From IMG/VR virus record IMGVR_UViG_3300032893_000006, positions 32,001-96,000 of that record: a stretch of 64,000 nucleotides of DNA; one strand, written 5' to 3'. The notes under the pieces were generated by a model that was not told the DNA's origin, made no database searches, and worked only from the letters and a program-made list of their open reading frames with translations. This DNA is from a virus. The position numbers were made by a program, and so were the translations under genes. How positions within the stretch are numbered: position 1 is the stretch's first letter; the number at the start of each line of letters is the position of its first letter. Below are positions 63,801 through 64,000 of the stretch, piece after piece.

Positions 63801-63947
63801 GGCAGTTCGAGTCCACAACCGGCGCTTTATAATCCAGAACCGGAGCCAGATGCTGGAGCATATACGGTCGGGCCGCAATCGATTAACCTTCCGCCAAGTG
63901 TTACGCATGTCTTCGATGAGAAGACGGGTACAATCGTTGCAGTGTAA
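60873..63947 (+). CDS. Large internal virion/ejection protein
   Basis: 1024 aa with coiled coils and a 20-aa tandem repeat at about 63086-63200. Confidence 0.6.
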   Translation: MPDGTMLFFSPDGKVKEVPSSLADKALANGGERAIVFNAPNGKQKLVPQSKVKDALDNGGYVANASDLTVHTGEGVYKMVGQGGKAISVPYSLIGSASKIGYVMDPSERKRYTQDAAADPRLNSNQHLLPGVKAVGRNTAGQTVYAGESGTDQKTSASSRFLSSAGGAVSGAAKGLYHGIVEGPQNPHEAAMMGEGPGESPEWRDPILGRLTMVLDRLLVQPSVVQAQQAVDEMKKANAATPWYSFAPNGEAKEHRQLAAGHALAAAVPGVGPWAAQVGEQIGQQIGTGDVAGAAGTLAGNVAIYEAPHAIGKTAKFTFGVPKSTMDAVTETTPRDIREMAEKVAEENEAARKKAADDYAKAQETYKQKKAEAEHETRGREIGHKYDVKQKAKQGVENYRKEAADVAEHNARVWKKTSEAYKSELDKVRDDNKRVTDKYDAERSRIEDENKAAEHLLEMRRAEEDALEKETEEYYAKEDAEKAKAKDAENAAWEPWHKKMDEVPVDIGPVQAKLKPILDVSPEARRAMSQLTPDPADVEPDSLFAQDRKVVMAQQGYTGDYWDLPPDRRAIIDQITSSNGFQPEPIDLNPQGGGTIPLKIIQRAQSIIGRNIAKGRYEGPLLGEMKQIQAALRGVVTTESAAHGAASLLDSARKATIDYQEAFGRERPSPKTLDKIRQKGANPEEFKEREEEERLAGAAKLSPELVEAYKKVKARREALKAMKTEDQLRKSIQQVPPPPTVGDLRPGYNLKPNPVYQLPTVGDLRSGYALKPEPQMPAAGAAIEEVKQPERVPVPEEPSNEPPPQKTISGEDITKEKEKRIRAQARELRKTGLRRAMYATLTGLPFAVIELFTRAGATGAGEAAIGGLAAGGVVLAGSQIIANLVEKPAVKAWLSQITPKDAEMWSKLPPEQKALFTEDMKAILDAADKRKIPVSPIFRAFVSGTAGAQQTTPEELKQKAAQYWRQIQSQQATPTGGSSSPQPALYNPEPEPDAGAYTVGPQSINLPPSVTHVFDEKTGTIVAV

Positions 63948-64000
63948 TGCCAAATCAGAACAAACTCGTCAAGGTCAACGATCTTGGCATTGTTGCCTTC
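63947..64000 (+). CDS. Start of the next ORF, truncated (MPNQNKLVKVNDLGIVAF...)
   Basis: TAATG coupling, open to the window end. Confidence 0.55.
   Translation, partial: MPNQNKLVKVNDLGIVAF

Noticed and set aside
1-64000. tRNA, rRNA, tmRNA, integrase, DNA polymerase or primase genes
   Set aside because: None recognised by eye; they may lie outside the window, and tRNAscan or HMM searches were not run.

Overview
The window looks like a 64-kb slice of a tailed dsDNA phage genome (about 55% GC), probably podovirus-like, since it ends in large ejection-type proteins and shows no tape-measure or sheath genes. The host cannot be determined from sequence. Layout: (1) 1-10.5 kb, a leftward early arm with a Spo11/TopoVI-A-like Toprim protein, an AAA+/VWA-metallopeptidase module, an HNH nuclease and many small ORFs, driven by two near-identical leftward promoters with long structured leaders; (2) 10.5-12.6 kb, a largely non-coding divergence region; (3) 12.6-24 kb, rightward accessory and regulatory genes (RHH, radical SAM, Lar, Fis-like HTH, cold-shock protein, pseudo-receiver, XRE HTH); (4) 24-64 kb, morphogenesis: terminase with two LAGLIDADG inteins, portal, scaffold, major capsid, adaptors, four consecutive signal-peptide-bearing tailspike/adhesin-like genes, a lysis cassette, a papain-like protease, a cluster of small basic proteins, a nozzle-like protein and ejection proteins. 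No integrase, DNA polymerase, primase, tRNA or CRISPR array was recognised. The most unusual signals are: Sec/lipoprotein-exported, cysteine-rich tailspike-like proteins; a conserved terminator-bearing leader at two late promoters, each followed by a tiny basic protein gene; two chromosomal-type parS sites with no ParB in the window; ABAB intergenic repeats bracketing unrelated genes; and an early-arm-specific RBS motif. Family assignments come from motif recognition by eye, not database searches.
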